A DNA stretch of 63,473 nt, filler included, from Lenisia limosa (GCA_001655205.1; 17 parts of 17 records of this genome joined end to end with filler, not necessarily neighbours in it), one strand, 5' to 3'; shown: positions 1 through 13,662, counted from the first letter of the whole stretch. The notes: a model not told the origin generated them from the letters alone. Translations and numbers: made by a program.

Positions 1-2646
1 CTACCCGATGCCTTGGTCTTCACGCACTTCTGTGGAATCTCCCGCGAGGCTCAAGACCCTGCGTAAGCCCCAAGACAAGATAACTAACTTAACTTTATCC
101 GATATTTTTCAATACTCCCTTGTCAAATTTGTGTGCTTGATAGACGTCTTTTTATCAGTTTTACTGTAATTGTCGTAGTTTCACATTTAGCCATATTTGT
201 ACTATGACCTGGATTATCCCGGGCACTACACTATACAACTTAAATCACCAATTTTGCCTTATTTGCGCAACATCACCNNNNNNNNNNNNNNNNNNNNNNN
301 NNNNNNNNNNNNNNNNNNNNNNNNNNNNNNNNNNNNNNNNNNNNNNNNNNNNNNNNNNNNNNNNNNNNNNNNNNNNNNNNNNNNNNNNNNNNNNNNNCCG
401 CCTTATTTGCGCAGTACGTTGGCGCGCCGTCTCTTCGACTTCCTCGCGAGCCACATCGCTCTGCACTCCCCCGAGCTGGACTCCTTTGCCAAGGCTGTCG
501 AATGGGCTCTTCCAATCAAAAACGTGGGAGGATTCTTATGGACATATGTTTTTTCGTCGTCGAAATTTTCTTATCATCCCGGCTGGTATTTTTATTAAAA
601 ATATTTTTTCGTTTTCACATACCTTTACGCAAATATTCTTCATCGAAATTCCCTTCNNNNNNNNNNNNNNNNNNNNNNNNNNNNNNNNNNNNNNNNNNNN
701 NNNNNNNNNNNNNNNNNNNNNNNNNNNNNNNNNNNNNNNNNNNNNNNNNNNNNNNNNNNNNNNNNNNNNNNNNNTTTCTAATTTCACCCCCATAGGCGCT
801 CACCAAGGCCGGGGCGAAGTTCAAGGTCATCCTGGCCATTGATGGAGTGGACATGCTCCGGGCCGGGTCTTCCGCCACCGCTCTCGCCTGGCTGCCCAGC
901 GTGCTTCCCGAAGGTCGGTTGCATTAATTGCATTACTAACACTACAAGCAATATTGGTTGCATTAATTGCATTACTAACATCATTGGCCTTAGTAACATT
1001 ATTGTTATATTTGTGTTACTATTCATTGTATTATATAAGTAGCATGAGTGTATCAGTAACATTATTGTTTATTGATTGTAGTAAACATTACTGGTAGTGC
1101 CCCGAAGCTCACTCCCCCCCCCCNNNNNNNNNNNNNNNNNNNNNNNNNNNNNNNNNNNNNNNNNNNNNNNNNNNNNNNNNNNNTCCACCCTTACTGTAAG
1201 AGGGTTTTTAACAGGACGGTACAATGGTAAATACTCTATTTGTACTCAGTCAGATACTGAAATATCAATTCTTCTCTGAGGGGCAAGAAAGCTTGTTAAT
1301 GCCCCACCCCTGTGGGTTATTGTTAGCCAACAGAGTTGATTTGGGCTTCTTCTTCTTCTTCTTCTTTTTTTTTTTTTTCATAAATTGTCCAATTTTTCTT
1401 CCAATTCCTTTACGCNNNNNNNNNNNNNNNNNNNNNNNNNNNNNNNNNNNNNNNNNNNNNNNNNNNNNNNNNNNNNNNNNNNNNNNNNNNNNNNNNNNNN
1501 NNNNNNNNNNNNNNNNNNNNNNNNNNNNNNNNNNNNNNNNNNNNNNNNNNNNNNNNNNNNNNNNNNNNNNNNNNNNNNNNNNNNNNNNNGACTTTACCTT
1601 CGGTCGAACGCGCTGCTATTGTCAGCCATCTCATGAAAAAGGCTGGCAAGAAGGTCGGGAGGGGCAAGTGAAACATTGAGCGATTTGTTCAGTCGTTCCC
1701 TTTTCTTGGAGTGATGGGATACGGTGCAGTATAAGTAGTTGGCCTAGGCGTTGTCTGTTTTGTTGTTTTCAACCCTTGTGTATATAAATATTTTGGGCTT
1801 TTATTTTTTTTCTTCCATAGGTCCTCCACTTTACGTGTGTCGTCAGTCAACAGAGTTGATCCCAATTTTACCCCCCCCCCCAGCTTGGAGAGGCCTCGTC
1901 CGGCAACCTGCGTAGCTTGACCACTAAAGCCGAATCCCATCTTCCTCTGTATCTTCACGTGGCTTGTGCTGGTAGGACTCAAGACTCAATTTACTTCCTT
2001 TTATTATAATTGTATCTCCGTTTAATAATTGATTTTGGCTTCATTTTTTTTGTTTTCATTATCCATTTCACCCCCCCCCCCNNNNNNNNNNNNNNNNNNN
2101 NNNNNNNNNNNNNNNNNNNNNNNNNNNNNNNNNNNNNNNNNNNNNNNNNNNNNNNNNNNNNNNNNNNNNNNNNNNNNNNNNNNNNNNNNNNNNNNNNNNN
2201 NNNNNNNNNNNNNNNNNNTATATGCTACAATTGATTTTGGGCTTTTTTCTTTTGTTTGTTTCATAGATAATATTCCTTTTTCACTTTATTTCATAAATTG
2301 TCACATTTCACTCCTCCAGCTGTCCGTTGAGGGTCTCAAGGCAGCCTCCTCCAGACAGGAAGCGGGAGGGCTCAATTTGATCAAGGCCCTTTCACTTGCC
2401 TCGTCCCCGTTGCCAATGGAAGTGGGAGGGGGGCAGTGAAGTCTCTATTTCTATGCTATGTCCTCTATTGAAACTAGGATAATAAACCTAAAATCCCTTG
2501 TACACATGATATATCTATCCACTTTTTATAAATTTCCTTCGTTTTACTCCCCCAGGTAGTTGCAGAGATAGTGGATCCTGGACACAGACGTCCAGCCATT
2601 ATCCTCCCCGTTATCTACGCTATTGACTCCTTCCTGTTGCCAAGAA
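1..2646 (+). CDS. NACHT/STAND-type NTPase domain protein, internal fragment (TEP1/NWD/NPHP3-like)
   Basis: Spliced exons include 796-913 (ALTKAGAKFKVILAIDGVDMLRAGSSATALAWLPSVLPE: Walker B plus WLPxxLP), 1590-1653, 1884-1971 (KAESHLPLYLHVAC), 2320-2421 and 2556-2646. Walker A is not in the window. Confidence 0.75.
1700..1883 (+). repeat. Family F dispersed repeat forming intron 3' ends
   Basis: Consensus ...GGCCTGGGCGTTGTTTGTTTTGTTGTTATCAACCCTTGTGT...AGCCAACAGAGTTGATTTGGGCTTTTTTGTTTCATAAATTTTCCAATTTTAC(C)nAG. Copies at 14445-14564, 17141-17212, 18420-18535(-), 41169-41232(-), 43569-43636, 52904-52960; variant at 20788-20855(-) and 58746-58815(-). Confidence 0.85.
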
Positions 2647-2662
2647 GTATGGGGGTGGGGGC

Positions 2663-2762
2663 TAGGGCGTCACTTCGGTTCAAAAAAAGACTGAATTTCT
2701 CGGTAATTCTTCGAAAACTATCAATATTTTACCAGTATTTTTTGAAACGAAGTGAAGCCCAA
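2663..2762. mobile_element. MITE family A copy
   Basis: Matches the family A consensus. Further copies near 10994-11087, 12112-12207, 16205-16290, 27118-27218, 33025-33112, 43863-43962, 44834-44910, 57800-57890, 63024-63084. Confidence 0.85.
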
Positions 2763-3363
2763 GGCGGAATCATTCCTCTTCACTTGATTGTAATTATTAG
2801 CTCTGAAAGCGTGATGATGTAGACAGAATGGAACAGTTAATTATCATGGCTCTTTTACACGTGATTATGTGGACCTTTTCGGCTTGACCTTATCCCCACA
2901 ATTATGATATTTCCATTTCCCTTTTTTTTATATCTGGCTTTTGTCTAGTTTTAGCGTTGGTTGCTCGTGTTTGTTATTGCTTGTTTTTTGTNNNNNNNNN
3001 NNNNNNNNNNNNNNNNNNNNNNNNNNNNNNNNNNNTTAATTAATTAANNNNNNNNNNNNNNNNNNNNNNNNNNNNNNNNNNNNNNNNNNNNGTATGTACA
3101 CTGAATCTAAAGATAGGGCTTCCTCACGGTCCGAAAAAGACCATCACAATATCGATATTTATCGAGAATTTATCGGGACATCTTTATTAGGACCGTAGGG
3201 AAGCCAAAAAAAAACTTGACCTATCTTCAAGAGCGGCTCATCAACATTACTCATATCCTCGAAGATCCCTTCTTGTCCCTTCTTACACCCCCCACCTCGG
3301 CCAATTAGTAATACCCCATTTCGTAGAAATGGAAAAAAATAATAAAGGAAGATCCATGCGAAC

Positions 3364-4137
3364 CTGGGGGTGGCCGTCAGCAGAACTGATCTTCCACACC
3401 CGGATCACGGTATCATGGGACACGGTGGCAACCTAAACAGCCATTAAAGGGAAAGGCGGAATGGAGCACGTTAAATGATGAGACCCTCTCCACAAGTCAA
3501 TCATTATTAGGGCTTCCCTTCGGTCACAAATAATGACCGAATCTCTCGATAAATCCTCGATAAATATCCATATTTTAACAGTCTTTTTCGGACTGGAGGG
3601 AAGCTCTCATCATTCTACAGAAATACACACACATTTACAAGCCTCATAAACACCATCGTTTCGTAATGAGAACAAGATTGTATCTGGCCAAAGCCGTCCA
3701 CACTATCATGCTTATTGGATTAGAGTATAATAGTAGCAATCATTTGTCTTTTATCTGTTCACACAGCTTTCTGAGTGCCTCCCAGCATAAAAGGCTGCCA
3801 TCATACCCCCCACACACAAGACCCCCATAAGTCTATAATTATTAGAGCCAGGTGCAATTAATTTTTTGAAGAAATTAATTGTCAAATTTGAAATTAAAGT
3901 GTCTGAAATGGGGTTCCCATCCACTTCAAATTTTGAAATTAATTGCAAGGAGCACTAATCACTACCCCCACAGCGTGCCTCCAGCATAAAAGTCTGTAAC
4001 CCCCCCACAACCAGAAGTTCATCCCTATAGCCCTCCTCCCCCCACAAGGCCGAGTTTTTGGTGTGACGCCGAGGCTGTGACTGCCCTCAAATGGGCGCCA
4101 ATTTCGACCATGTTCGAGTCTTCAGCAAATGTCTTGA
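3364..4137 (-). CDS. WD40-repeat protein fragment
   Basis: Exons 4137-4046 and 3432-3364 join in phase: GAHLRAVTASASHQKLGL|VATVSHDTVIRVWKISS, a GH...S.D..IRVW WD40 signature. Confidence 0.7.
3508..3608. mobile_element. MITE family B (hAT-like, TIR TAGGGCTTCCCTACGGTCC)
   Basis: TIRs; flanks ATCATTAT / ATCATTCT (7/8 match). Other copies at 3114-3207, 20105-20191, 24519-24615, 38595-38694, 52428-52529, 54934-55041. Confidence 0.85.
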
Positions 4138-4327
4138 NNNNNNNNNNNNNNNNNNNNNNNNNNNNNNNNNNNNNNNNNNNNTTAATTAATTAANNNNNNN
4201 NNNNNNNNNNNNNNNNNNNNNNNNNNNNNNNNNNNNNGGGGGGGGGGGGGGGGGGGGATGGACTGTACTTGTGCTACTATTGCGTCTGCTGCTGGCTGCG
4301 TCTCAACCAGGTTGCTACCATGTGCTA

Positions 4328-6413
4328 CCAGGAGGTCTCTACCAATGCGTATCGTCTTCGGAATTCAAATTTTCTGCAGGGAATCCAGTCAGTGTTCCCG
4401 GTACGCACCGGGCATAATTCCTCATTAAACTGACCCATAGTGGCGTGGAGTTTGCGCGAGGTGGCGTACCGAGAAACCTAGTGTGCTCTAGTCCCCCTTT
4501 TCGTTCCGCCCGCTGCCGCCCGCGTCTTGCGCCTATTGATACACTAATCGCACAGTCTACGACCTCCATTATTATGTAGAGGGTCAAGTTCATACCCATA
4601 AATTCAGAAATTGTCATAGAAAACGGAGATATGGCATCTTTTTTCTCAGCTGAAACGCTGGCAAGGTTTGCCATCACAATGATTAGACTGGTTTCTGGAG
4701 GTTTTCTATTTCAGTGAACATTGTAAACATATTTTTCGTGTATTGTATTAAATGATATACATATTTGTATACAGTGGCAGGGATAAGTCTTGACCATGAT
4801 TTCCCAAGGATCGGTCAAGTCTTATCACGGTCAGTGTATGTGTCGGCGAGTGTGTATCCAATTTTGTGTGGATATTTGTGTTTGTGAGAGTACTGTAAGA
4901 ATATTCGGGAGTGGGTATGGTGCAGATGCATTTTACTCTGATTGATTTCTTAGAACGAAATTTGAGCATTTTGATCCCCAGGACCCTGAAATGAAAAAGG
5001 TGGGATCGATAAGAAGAAGGCATATATATTACTTAAGAATACCAATTTACTTTACGAGTTTTGCCCCGATTATTTTTTCTTCAAAGATTTCACACACTTG
5101 TTGTTTTTCTCAAATGTTCTGTGAATTGTTTTTTTTGTTTTTTTTGTTTTTTTTTTCATTTTTTTTTTGTTAATAATTATTGACTAGGAGATCATTGCGA
5201 TAATAGCGCAGTACCTTGAAGATGAAGGTTATGGAATTTCACTCTTAACGCTTTTTGATGAAGGTTTGTCTAAGTTTTGTAAAAAATATTGAACATTAAA
5301 CCAAAAATTAAACCTCATTAAATATACTTAACATATTACGTACTTTGGAGTGACTGCTTCGGCCAGTTGCTACCTGTCATTTATACATATTGATATTCCT
5401 CCACCAACCCAAAAAGTTAAGGAATTTTACAATTTAAGTACCTCAGATCTTCATGATTTGTTTTAGCTGGGGTGAAAGATGAGGTTGAACGATCGTTTCT
5501 GCATCAGGCACAGAGGCTCAAGAAGTCCATTATGGGTGGGAATGGGGGTATCCGTTTTGTACACTTGGGAAACCCATTCCGCTTATTTATGTAGGCAGTA
5601 GGCTCTCATCAATACCCCCCCACTCTACAGCTTTATTGCTTGATACAGCATCTTTAAGTTGTCGTTTTAATTCCATTCTAGAGGGGGAGTGGCTTGAAGT
5701 AGACTCCATTTGTCAGAAGAAAGGCATGCGAGATCATAAGGGTCTTCTCTACGCGGTTTATCGCCAGCAGTTCATGGAGCTTGTTCACACCGGGGAANNN
5801 NNNNNNNNNNNNNNNNNNNNNNNNNNNNNNNNNNNNNNNNNNNNNNNNNNNNNNNNNNNNNNNNNNNNNGGTAGGAGGACTCCGTGATTATTTGAGATAT
5901 TTATTTCTAAAATTGAAGTGAGACATATTGTAACCAAAACTACATATCAACCGCGTTAATTTCAACTTTATCAATTAATGATAGTAATGTTATCATCTGA
6001 TTGTCGGATATGTGTTTTTTTCTCCTTATTTGACTTTTCCTGAAGTACAAAATTGCCCACAATTTTTCCTTTTAGATCAGAGCTACATAGCATATATATG
6101 ATATATTATGTATTATAGATATATATCATATCGATATATAATAGTATTATGTTGATATATTTTGTATCATAAAACTAGGCGTTTTCCCACTTAACCAAGA
6201 AATTGAAACCTCTTGAGAAGTCCGATCCAACAGAATTCTTGGTTGGGGGGGGGGTCATTGTTTTTGGGTGTAGCGTCTTTGGTGAGAGCCTGGAGAATAA
6301 ATTGAAATAAACATTAAAACTAATTATCTCAAACAAAAACGAAAATGATATTAACAACTTTTACCTTAGCGCCGGGGAGCAAGGTCTCTGATGAGCTCGA
6401 CTGGGCATGCTAA
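4328..6413 (+). CDS. LisH/CTLH motif protein
   Basis: In-phase exons give EIIAIIAQYLEDEGYGISLLTLFDE (LisH), then RLKKSIMEGEWLEV...LLYAVYRQQFMELV...AFSHLTKKLKPL (CTLH). Both ends are uncertain. Confidence 0.7.
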
Positions 6414-6589
6414 ATAGTCAGTTCTTGTAAAAATTATCTCAAAATCAAATTGTGAAAAGTAAAAGTGCAGGACTGTACAAAAAAAATCACCATATCATAT
6501 ACGATATGATAAAATTAGAAAAAATGATTTGTATAAAATCATAATATAAAAAAAACCTGCTAACTCACTATGTTATCCGATCGTAAATA

Positions 6590-7186
6590 TCATAGCCTCT
6601 TCCCACATTCTTTTAGTTCATCCAGGGCTGCCTTGCAGTTGGCAATTCGAGAGTGTAGTAACTTCAGTTCTTTTCCAGACGCACCCTTTCGTTTTAATTG
6701 AAGAGTAATAACAACTTGCGTGAATATAGACAGCAATACGCACCAATACAAACGCCGTGTCATCAAAAGAACCTATTAGCCCCCCCCCCCCCCNNNNNNN
6801 NNNNNNNNNNNNNNNNNNNNNNNNNNNNNNNNNNNNNNNNNNNNNNNNNNNNNNNNNNNNNNNNNNNNNNNNNNNNNNNNNNNNNNNNNNNNNNNNNNNN
6901 NNNNNNNNNNNNNNNNNNNNNNNNNNNNNGAAAGAAATAAGAGTAAGAAAAGGCGCAAAACAGAGGGGCAATTTAACTTTGAGACCTGAATTTTCAATAA
7001 CACATCAATTACTTGTCAATACAATATCAACAACAGTAAATGACAAGGAAGGGTGCATGTCGCAACACAGACACTAACTTTCGATGTTTTGGAAACGCTT
7101 GAAGCCAACTGCGAAAAAAAGTACAGGGTATTACTTTTTTTATACGAAAATGCTTCGAACCAAGGGAATAGAGCCTCTCATGGAGT
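6590..7186 (-). CDS. 3' end of hypothetical protein
   Basis: Terminal reading ...GASGKELKLLHSRIANCKAALDELKECGKRL* preceded by candidate GT-AG exons. No family recognised. Confidence 0.35.
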
Positions 7187-8446
7187 NNNNNNNNNNNNNN
7201 NNNNNNNNNNNNNNNNNNNNNNNNNNNNNNTTAATTAATTAANNNNNNNNNNNNNNNNNNNNNNNNNNNNNNNNNNNNNNNNNNNNAAACAAAGCCCAGA
7301 CCAGTCGCTTGTGCAGCATAGCATCCCATCACTCCAACATGCGGGGTAAATGTGAATTGATGAAATAAAATAAAAAGTCCCACTGAAACGAAGGAAATTT
7401 TGATGAAGAATAAGTTACTATCAAGAACTGAATAATATAAAACTCCAAAAATAAACAAAAAGAGGGGGGGGGGGGGGGGGNNNNNNNNNNNNNNNNNNNN
7501 NNNNNNNNNNNNNNNNNNNNNNNNNNNNNNNNNNNNNNNNNNNNNNNNNNNNNNNNNNNNNNNNNNNNNNNNNNNNNNNNNNNNNNNNNNNNNNTTATAT
7601 CATTCGTTTTCCATTGTCACCCCTCCCCCCCGATGGGCTGCAGAGGCGACTGGCATTTGCCTTTTTATGTATGGATTTCTTCAGTGTTTAACCAACAATG
7701 TTGCCCCGGTTCTAGTTTTTCCTTTTCACTGCGGTACTGCAGAAGCGAAAAAAAACAAAAAAAAAACAAACAAGATCAGCATGTTATCATTTTCTGTGAA
7801 TTCTCTAACACCTAGCAACCAAATATTGGATTCAATAAGACGGGAAATTTCAGAACAGGAAACAGAACAACGCAAGAATTGAATTCAGATTGACTTTTGC
7901 CAGACATATCTGGTGCATACCAGCTCAATATCTTCAGTAATTCAAAGAGGTCCTTCAAATAGTGGAGGTGAAAAATGGGCCAACGAGAGAACACAAGTAC
8001 GCAAAAAATACACTCATTGTCAAGTTTAATCACACAAATATCTTTTAAACCCATTTGTCATGTTAATTTCTTCCAAAATAGGAGCAGACCGGTTGAAAAG
8101 AGGCTGAGCGTATGCGGGGTATGAGCATTGGCAAATGATTTGACACCAGAAATAGCTGTATTGCTATCATAGCATCCTTGAGGTCCCAAATCAACCGGGT
8201 ATGCGCCTAGAAGAGGTGAGAAACAATAGTTACGTCCACTAACCCGAGATTAGAACAATTAGTAAAGCGATACGCAGCAGTAGCATAGTGCTTGCTATGT
8301 TTAAAAGTTAATACTGCTCTGATATCATGAATATTTTCATTTAGCGGTAACAAGAAAATTTCCGTTTTTATATGATAGAAACTGCGGGGTTTAGATAGTA
8401 TAAAGAGGCGAATTTTTTCAAGCGTATCCTGTATCTATATGCCTAT

Positions 8447-10717
8447 ATGCCAGCAATGAGAAGCCTTATTCTTAAAAGAACCGTAGCTGCCCTTCTGGCC
8501 CTGGTTATTGTTCAATCATTCGGTAGGCGAGGAATATAGGCTATTTTTGTTTTTGTATTTCTTGGATGCTATAACTGCATTTGTCTCACAAACTTCAACA
8601 GCCTTCCGTCTATCAGTTGACCAAAAGACGGAAGTGGGTGAGTTCATTGCGTTGTCTGTTACGACAGACGAACTTATTGTCAAGAAATCGGGCCCCATTA
8701 CCATCGTGGGTTGGGAGAAGTTCTTCAACTTTAAGTGGAAGGGATGGGCTGGGTATGCTTTGGGTTGTATCTTTATTTTACTTTTGTCATTTNNNNNNNN
8801 NNNNNNNNNNNNNNNNNNNNNNNNNNNNNNNNNNNNNNNNNNNNNNNNNNNNNNNNNNNNNNNNNNNNNNTATCACCGACACTTTCACACTCAATGACTG
8901 TATTGACTACTTTGCAACTGTGGAACATGGTGAGTGGATTTTCATATCACTTTTTGGGGGAACAATCATTGTCTCGTGATATATGTTCACTCATGTGATG
9001 CCGACAAGTCTCAATCATACTCAGATACATTTGGGCATATGATCATTTCACCAGTGAATATGGGTTAACATTCAAAAGTGACAGGATTTTTTGGTTGGTG
9101 ACTATACATCTCCTTATTTCGCAGACAGGGGGGAAGGGGGATTCTTTCATCAGGCTTGGTGTGATGATAAGAGCTCTTCTCTTGTTTTTGACTCACAGTT
9201 TTTTTAAGAACTAACTAAGAGTGTAATATTGGTGAAAACTAGGAAGATAAAAGAGTGTATAGGGACTAGTGCTTCACTTCGGTTGAAAAAAGTCTGAATG
9301 TCTCGATAAATACTCGAAAACTATCGATATTTTATTGGTTTTCGAAGCGAAGTGAAACCCCAATAGGGACCATAAACACAAGAACATCTTTCAGTGCACG
9401 ATTTACACAAGGTGATGCTGACCATTTTTTGAGTTTAATATCTTAGTGAAGCCTGGTCTTCCTTTGACTTGCAACATCCCTGCTGGAAACTTTACGTGAG
9501 GCAGAGAAAGGATGCAGATGTAATATCATTCATGTGATTTTTTTTTTTTACCTTTTTTGATGAAAATAACATTTGTAAATACGAGATTCCTCGATCTTTT
9601 TTATCTTCTTTACAGTGTCATCATACAAGTGAGTACAGTCTAACCCATCAGCTTCACCACACCTCTTGCCATTATTGCCACAAACAATCCGATTGTCGTG
9701 TCTGGACAAGGCCCTCAGCTCTCTAAGCTAATGTTTGCTGATTTTATCTTATTTCACCCCTGAGTAGAAGTATAACGATAGTGTTTTTGGTAGAATACCT
9801 GTCTTATTGTGGACGGCTTCGGCGGTATGTAACCTTATTTTATTTCTCATCTCAGATTTCATTTAATGTGTATTGTCTTATACAACCTTGTTTTATTTCT
9901 CATCTCAGATTTCATTTGATGGATATTTTCTTATTTCTAAAACAATTCTCTGATCAACCTAGTGCGGCCTCCGCAACACCCGGGACCAGCCCCACGTATA
10001 TGAACAAAGGTATGCTGGAGAGGCACGCGGAAAGCTATGTGCGCAGAGTTGTAAGGCAAATGATTGGGTGAATTATTATTATACTAGAAATCCAATATCT
10101 CTTANNNNNNNNNNNNNNNNNNNNNNNNNNNNNNNNNNNNNNNNNNNNNNNNNNNNNNNNNNNNNNNNNTCTTTTTATCGGGGATTCTGAAGATTTATTG
10201 AGAATCCCGGTCTTCTTAGATACCGAAAGAATGAGCTAATTTAGACATTTAAAAGAACAACAAGTAGAACGTTGTACTTATTTTTGGTTCCACTCATGGG
10301 CTCGAAAAAAGACTGAATTTCTAGATAAAAAAATATCGATTATTTACCGGTCTTTTTCAAACCGAACAAGCCCTACTCATGCCACAGACGCAGCGATTTC
10401 GACAGTTGGGTCTGTGATTCTGGAGTCATTCACATTGGACACAGCAACAGCTGTGGGGGGGGGGGAGTAGAATGTATAGCTTTAGTGAGAAGGTAGAGGA
10501 CTGTTATAAATGAGAATCATATCTTTTTGCTCGTGGCAAAAAAAAGGATTTTTTTTTATTTGTCATCATAGTGGGTTTTTGATGGTGTGGACGGCTCGGC
10601 CAAATACAACCTATTTTTCAACTCCATTTTTCCCAGTTGATGTCTTTCATTGAGTTAACTGTTCAGTTTACCAGATCTGTTGGTCTCTACGGCGCCGGTG
10701 GTAGCATGGAAGTGGAC
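8447..10717 (+). CDS. Predicted secreted/surface protein, 5' part
   Basis: Starts MPAMRSLILKRTVAALLALVIVQSF (signal-peptide-like) then GT. Later exons: VKPGLPLTCNIPAGNFT|FTTPLAIIATNNPIVVSG, DAAISTVGSVILESFTLDTATA, FTRSVGLYGAGGSMEVD. Confidence 0.55.
9267..9362. mobile_element. MITE family A (hAT-like, TIR TAGGGCTTCACTTCGGTT), copy with perfect 8-bp TSD
   Basis: Terminal inverted repeats; ATAGGGAC at 9259-9266 and 9363-9370. Confidence 0.88.
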
Positions 10718-11130
10718 GTGAGGGGGGGGGGGAGGTAAATTGGAAAACTTATGAAATAATTATATTAAAAAAAAAGCCCAATTTCAACTCAGTTGGCTAG
10801 TAACCCAGCAAAACAACTTCTCCAGGGTGGGTTGTGGGTGGTAAAAAGAAGGAAATGTGGTGACTTTTGATGAAGACTGGGGGTGCAGGAGGANNNNNNN
10901 NNNNNNNNNNNNNNNNNNNNNNNNNNNNNNNNNNNNNTTAATTAATTAANNNNNNNNNNNNNNNNNNNNNNNNNNNNNNNNNNNNNNNNNNNNCTTCACT
11001 TAGGTTCGATAAAGACCGTCAAATTATCGATAGTTTCCGAGAATTATCGAGAAATTCAGTCTTTTTTCGAACCGAAGTGAAGCCCCAATAATCCCCAGTC
11101 TTCCCCCTTCCCAGTTTTCACCCCGCCCAC

Positions 11131-11635
11131 GTCCTTCAAGAAGAAGTCGAAGACATTGTTCATGATAACCACATCGGAGGCGGTGATCGCGGCCTTATGC
11201 CCGGTAATGTCACCTTGGATTACCTGCGTTGTTATTAGGACTTTACTTGTCGGAAAGCCCCATAAAAAATCGACAGTTTTCGATTTTTCGAGAAATTGAG
11301 TTTATTTTTAGACTTTAGGGAAGCCCTAGTTGGTATGGGAGAGGGTCAGGTATTGAAGCTAGTAGACTACCAAAGCTAGTGGCGGACAGTCCTAATTTTT
11401 CGACCAAAAATCGCCCAAATACTCTGCCAATACTACCAGCTCTTGCCATAAATAAGGCTGCCAATTGGTTCCGCAGGAAAAGACCGATTTTCTCGAAAAA
11501 CTGTCGAAGTCAATATTATCCTCAAACCTTGATCCTATCAAGCTTGTACTTCTCGGCCGTTGCAGTACTCAGCTTCGCGAAGTGGTTGTTGATTTCGACT
11601 CCAGTGATTTCCTTGGCTTTTGTGAAAAGCCTTGC
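11131..11635 (-). CDS. Class I SAM-dependent methyltransferase fragment
   Basis: Exons 11635-11528 (ARLFTKAKEITGVEINNHFAKLSTATAEKYKLDRIK) and 11223-11131 (VIQGDITGHKAAITASDVVIMNNVFDFFLKD) show the GVEIN, GDI and DVVIMNNVF motifs. Confidence 0.7.
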
Positions 11636-12349
11636 CTAAAACTGGTCAACCTTCCTTATAAGGTAAGCGCTAGCCCTCTAAGTGGACCCCACAGCAATCC
11701 AATATACTTCACGTTACCCTAGAAAGAGCAAATGAAGACAAATACATTAGAGGAGAGCGTCAAAAGAAAGAGCAAATGAAGACAAATACATTAATAAAAA
11801 CGGAATGCTGGAGGATAAGATGGTGATAAATGTGTCTAAAAACCCAAAGCACACCCCTTTTTTGGCAGCTAACTATTGTCATGTTGAAATTTTTGCAAAG
11901 CTGTCGACACAAAGTGCTTGATTATTGTAATACATTCAGGTAGGGCTTCCCTTCGATCCCAAAAATGATAGAAATCCACGATACATATCGACAGACCGGT
12001 CNNNNNNNNNNNNNNNNNNNNNNNNNNNNNNNNNNNNNNNNNNNNTTAATTAATTAANNNNNNNNNNNNNNNNNNNNNNNNNNNNNNNNNNNNNNNNNNN
12101 NTTATTATATGTAGGGCTTACTTCGGTTCAAAAAAGACTGAATTTCTCGAAAAACCTCGAAAACTATCGATATTTTCCCGGTTTTTTCGAACCGAAGTGA
12201 AGTCCTATTGATGTGGTGTGATATTACGAACCTTAGACACTTTGAAGAATAACATCCCCACAAATGGTGATGCTTTGTTGTTTCATAAATTGCCCCCCTC
12301 CCTCCCCCAATTTTTAACCTTTTTGTTTCAATTTCCCAATCCCTCAAAC

Positions 12350-13662
12350 CTTGGACATATTGAAGAGAGACTCGGAGGTGTAGAACCGAACCCTTGAATC
12401 CGGGTCGGAGAAGCAGGACAGAATCGAAGACAAAATGGCATCTAGGTACTTCGGAATTTCTTCCTGGGAGGATTACGTCTTAGGAACGCCCGCAGAAAGC
12501 TGTATACACAGCGGTGTAAGGCAAATGATTGAGTTGATTTATGTTATACTATAAATCCAATATCTCCGCTTCGGCCATACACAACCTTGTTATATTTTTC
12601 ATCTCTATTCAAGATATTAATTTATACATATGATATTTATATATAATACACAGAATACCATATGTATGTACAATCACATACAGTGGCCGCAATAAGTCGT
12701 GACATGGATATTGAACATTATCTATATACAATCATGTAAGGACTGTTCTTGCTCAGTATGCATTTTTGCATCATATCATATGAAGATAGAACCCTCCTCC
12801 CCCACATTGCCAAGAACCAGGGCTATAGTAGCCAGAGCGAAAAGACCGCCTTTTCTCAAGTGGGGGGAGGAATGCCCGATAAACCGCTCGCGCTGTAATG
12901 TGAGCCACCATTGCTATTGTTTACTTTGAAATTATGAATTATCATCTTCCATACGGGTGGAAATGATCTACTATTGACATTTCGGGGGATAAGGACTCAG
13001 ACTCAACATATAAGGTCCATATTTAAGGAAATACATGAAGTTAATTGAGGGAGTAAAGGAAATATTAAACATACAAGCTGTGTGATAAGGTCGACAATTG
13101 ATGGGATTGGACGGGAAAGAGGTACACCTTCTTGCACCCCCTGGCGAGCAAGCGCGATCTCAGCTTGAACCTAAGAGGTTGAGAATTGTGTTTTTTTTAC
13201 ATGAGAGGGTGAATTGCATGTTTGATGAAGGGAAGTGTGTGATAGAAAGAATGCGATGATGTTTACCGCCTCGGCCAGAGAAAAAAACTNNNNNNNNNNN
13301 NNNNNNNNNNNNNNNNNNNNNNNNNNNNNNNNNNNNNNNNNNNNNNNNNNNNNNNNNNNNNNNNNNNNNNNNNNNNNNNNNNNNNNNGTATCTTGGCTTA
13401 TGGGGGTTGGAAGAAGGTTGTATTGCATTTTTTTATGTCAAAAATGTTAAACAGTAAGAGAGTATCTGGCTAAAGCCGTACATGAAACCATGTTATAAAC
13501 GATATTCAAAATAGTAGGATTAATTTGTTGGAGAAATTAATTAAAGTTTGAATTACACAACACACGGCATACCTGGGCCTTAAGGTCGAGAGCTGCAGCC
13601 TTCCTCTTTTCATAAAGCTTGTCGCTGAGACCTCGCGCGATTGACGCTGTGATCATGCTCAT
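12350..13662 (-). CDS. VAC14: VAC14 homolog (PIKfyve/Fab1 complex scaffold), 5' part
   Basis: MSMITASIARGLSDKLYEKRKAAALDLK (13662-13573), HLRKGGLFALATIALVLG, and ILSCFSDPDSRVRFYTSESLFNMSK (12441-12350) match the conserved VAC14 N-terminal HEAT motifs. Confidence 0.92.

Noticed and set aside
2663-2762. MITE hairpins as tRNA, miRNA or terminators
   Set aside because: No cloverleaf or A/B boxes are visible. TIRs plus 8-bp TSDs and dispersed copies are explained by DNA transposition.
9626-9648. Ultra-short 23-30 nt introns (also near 8638-8667 and 6690-6719)
   Set aside because: The 23-nt candidate is unnecessary for a consistent phase, and the 30-nt ones read through in frame without stops. 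They cannot be supported without cDNA.
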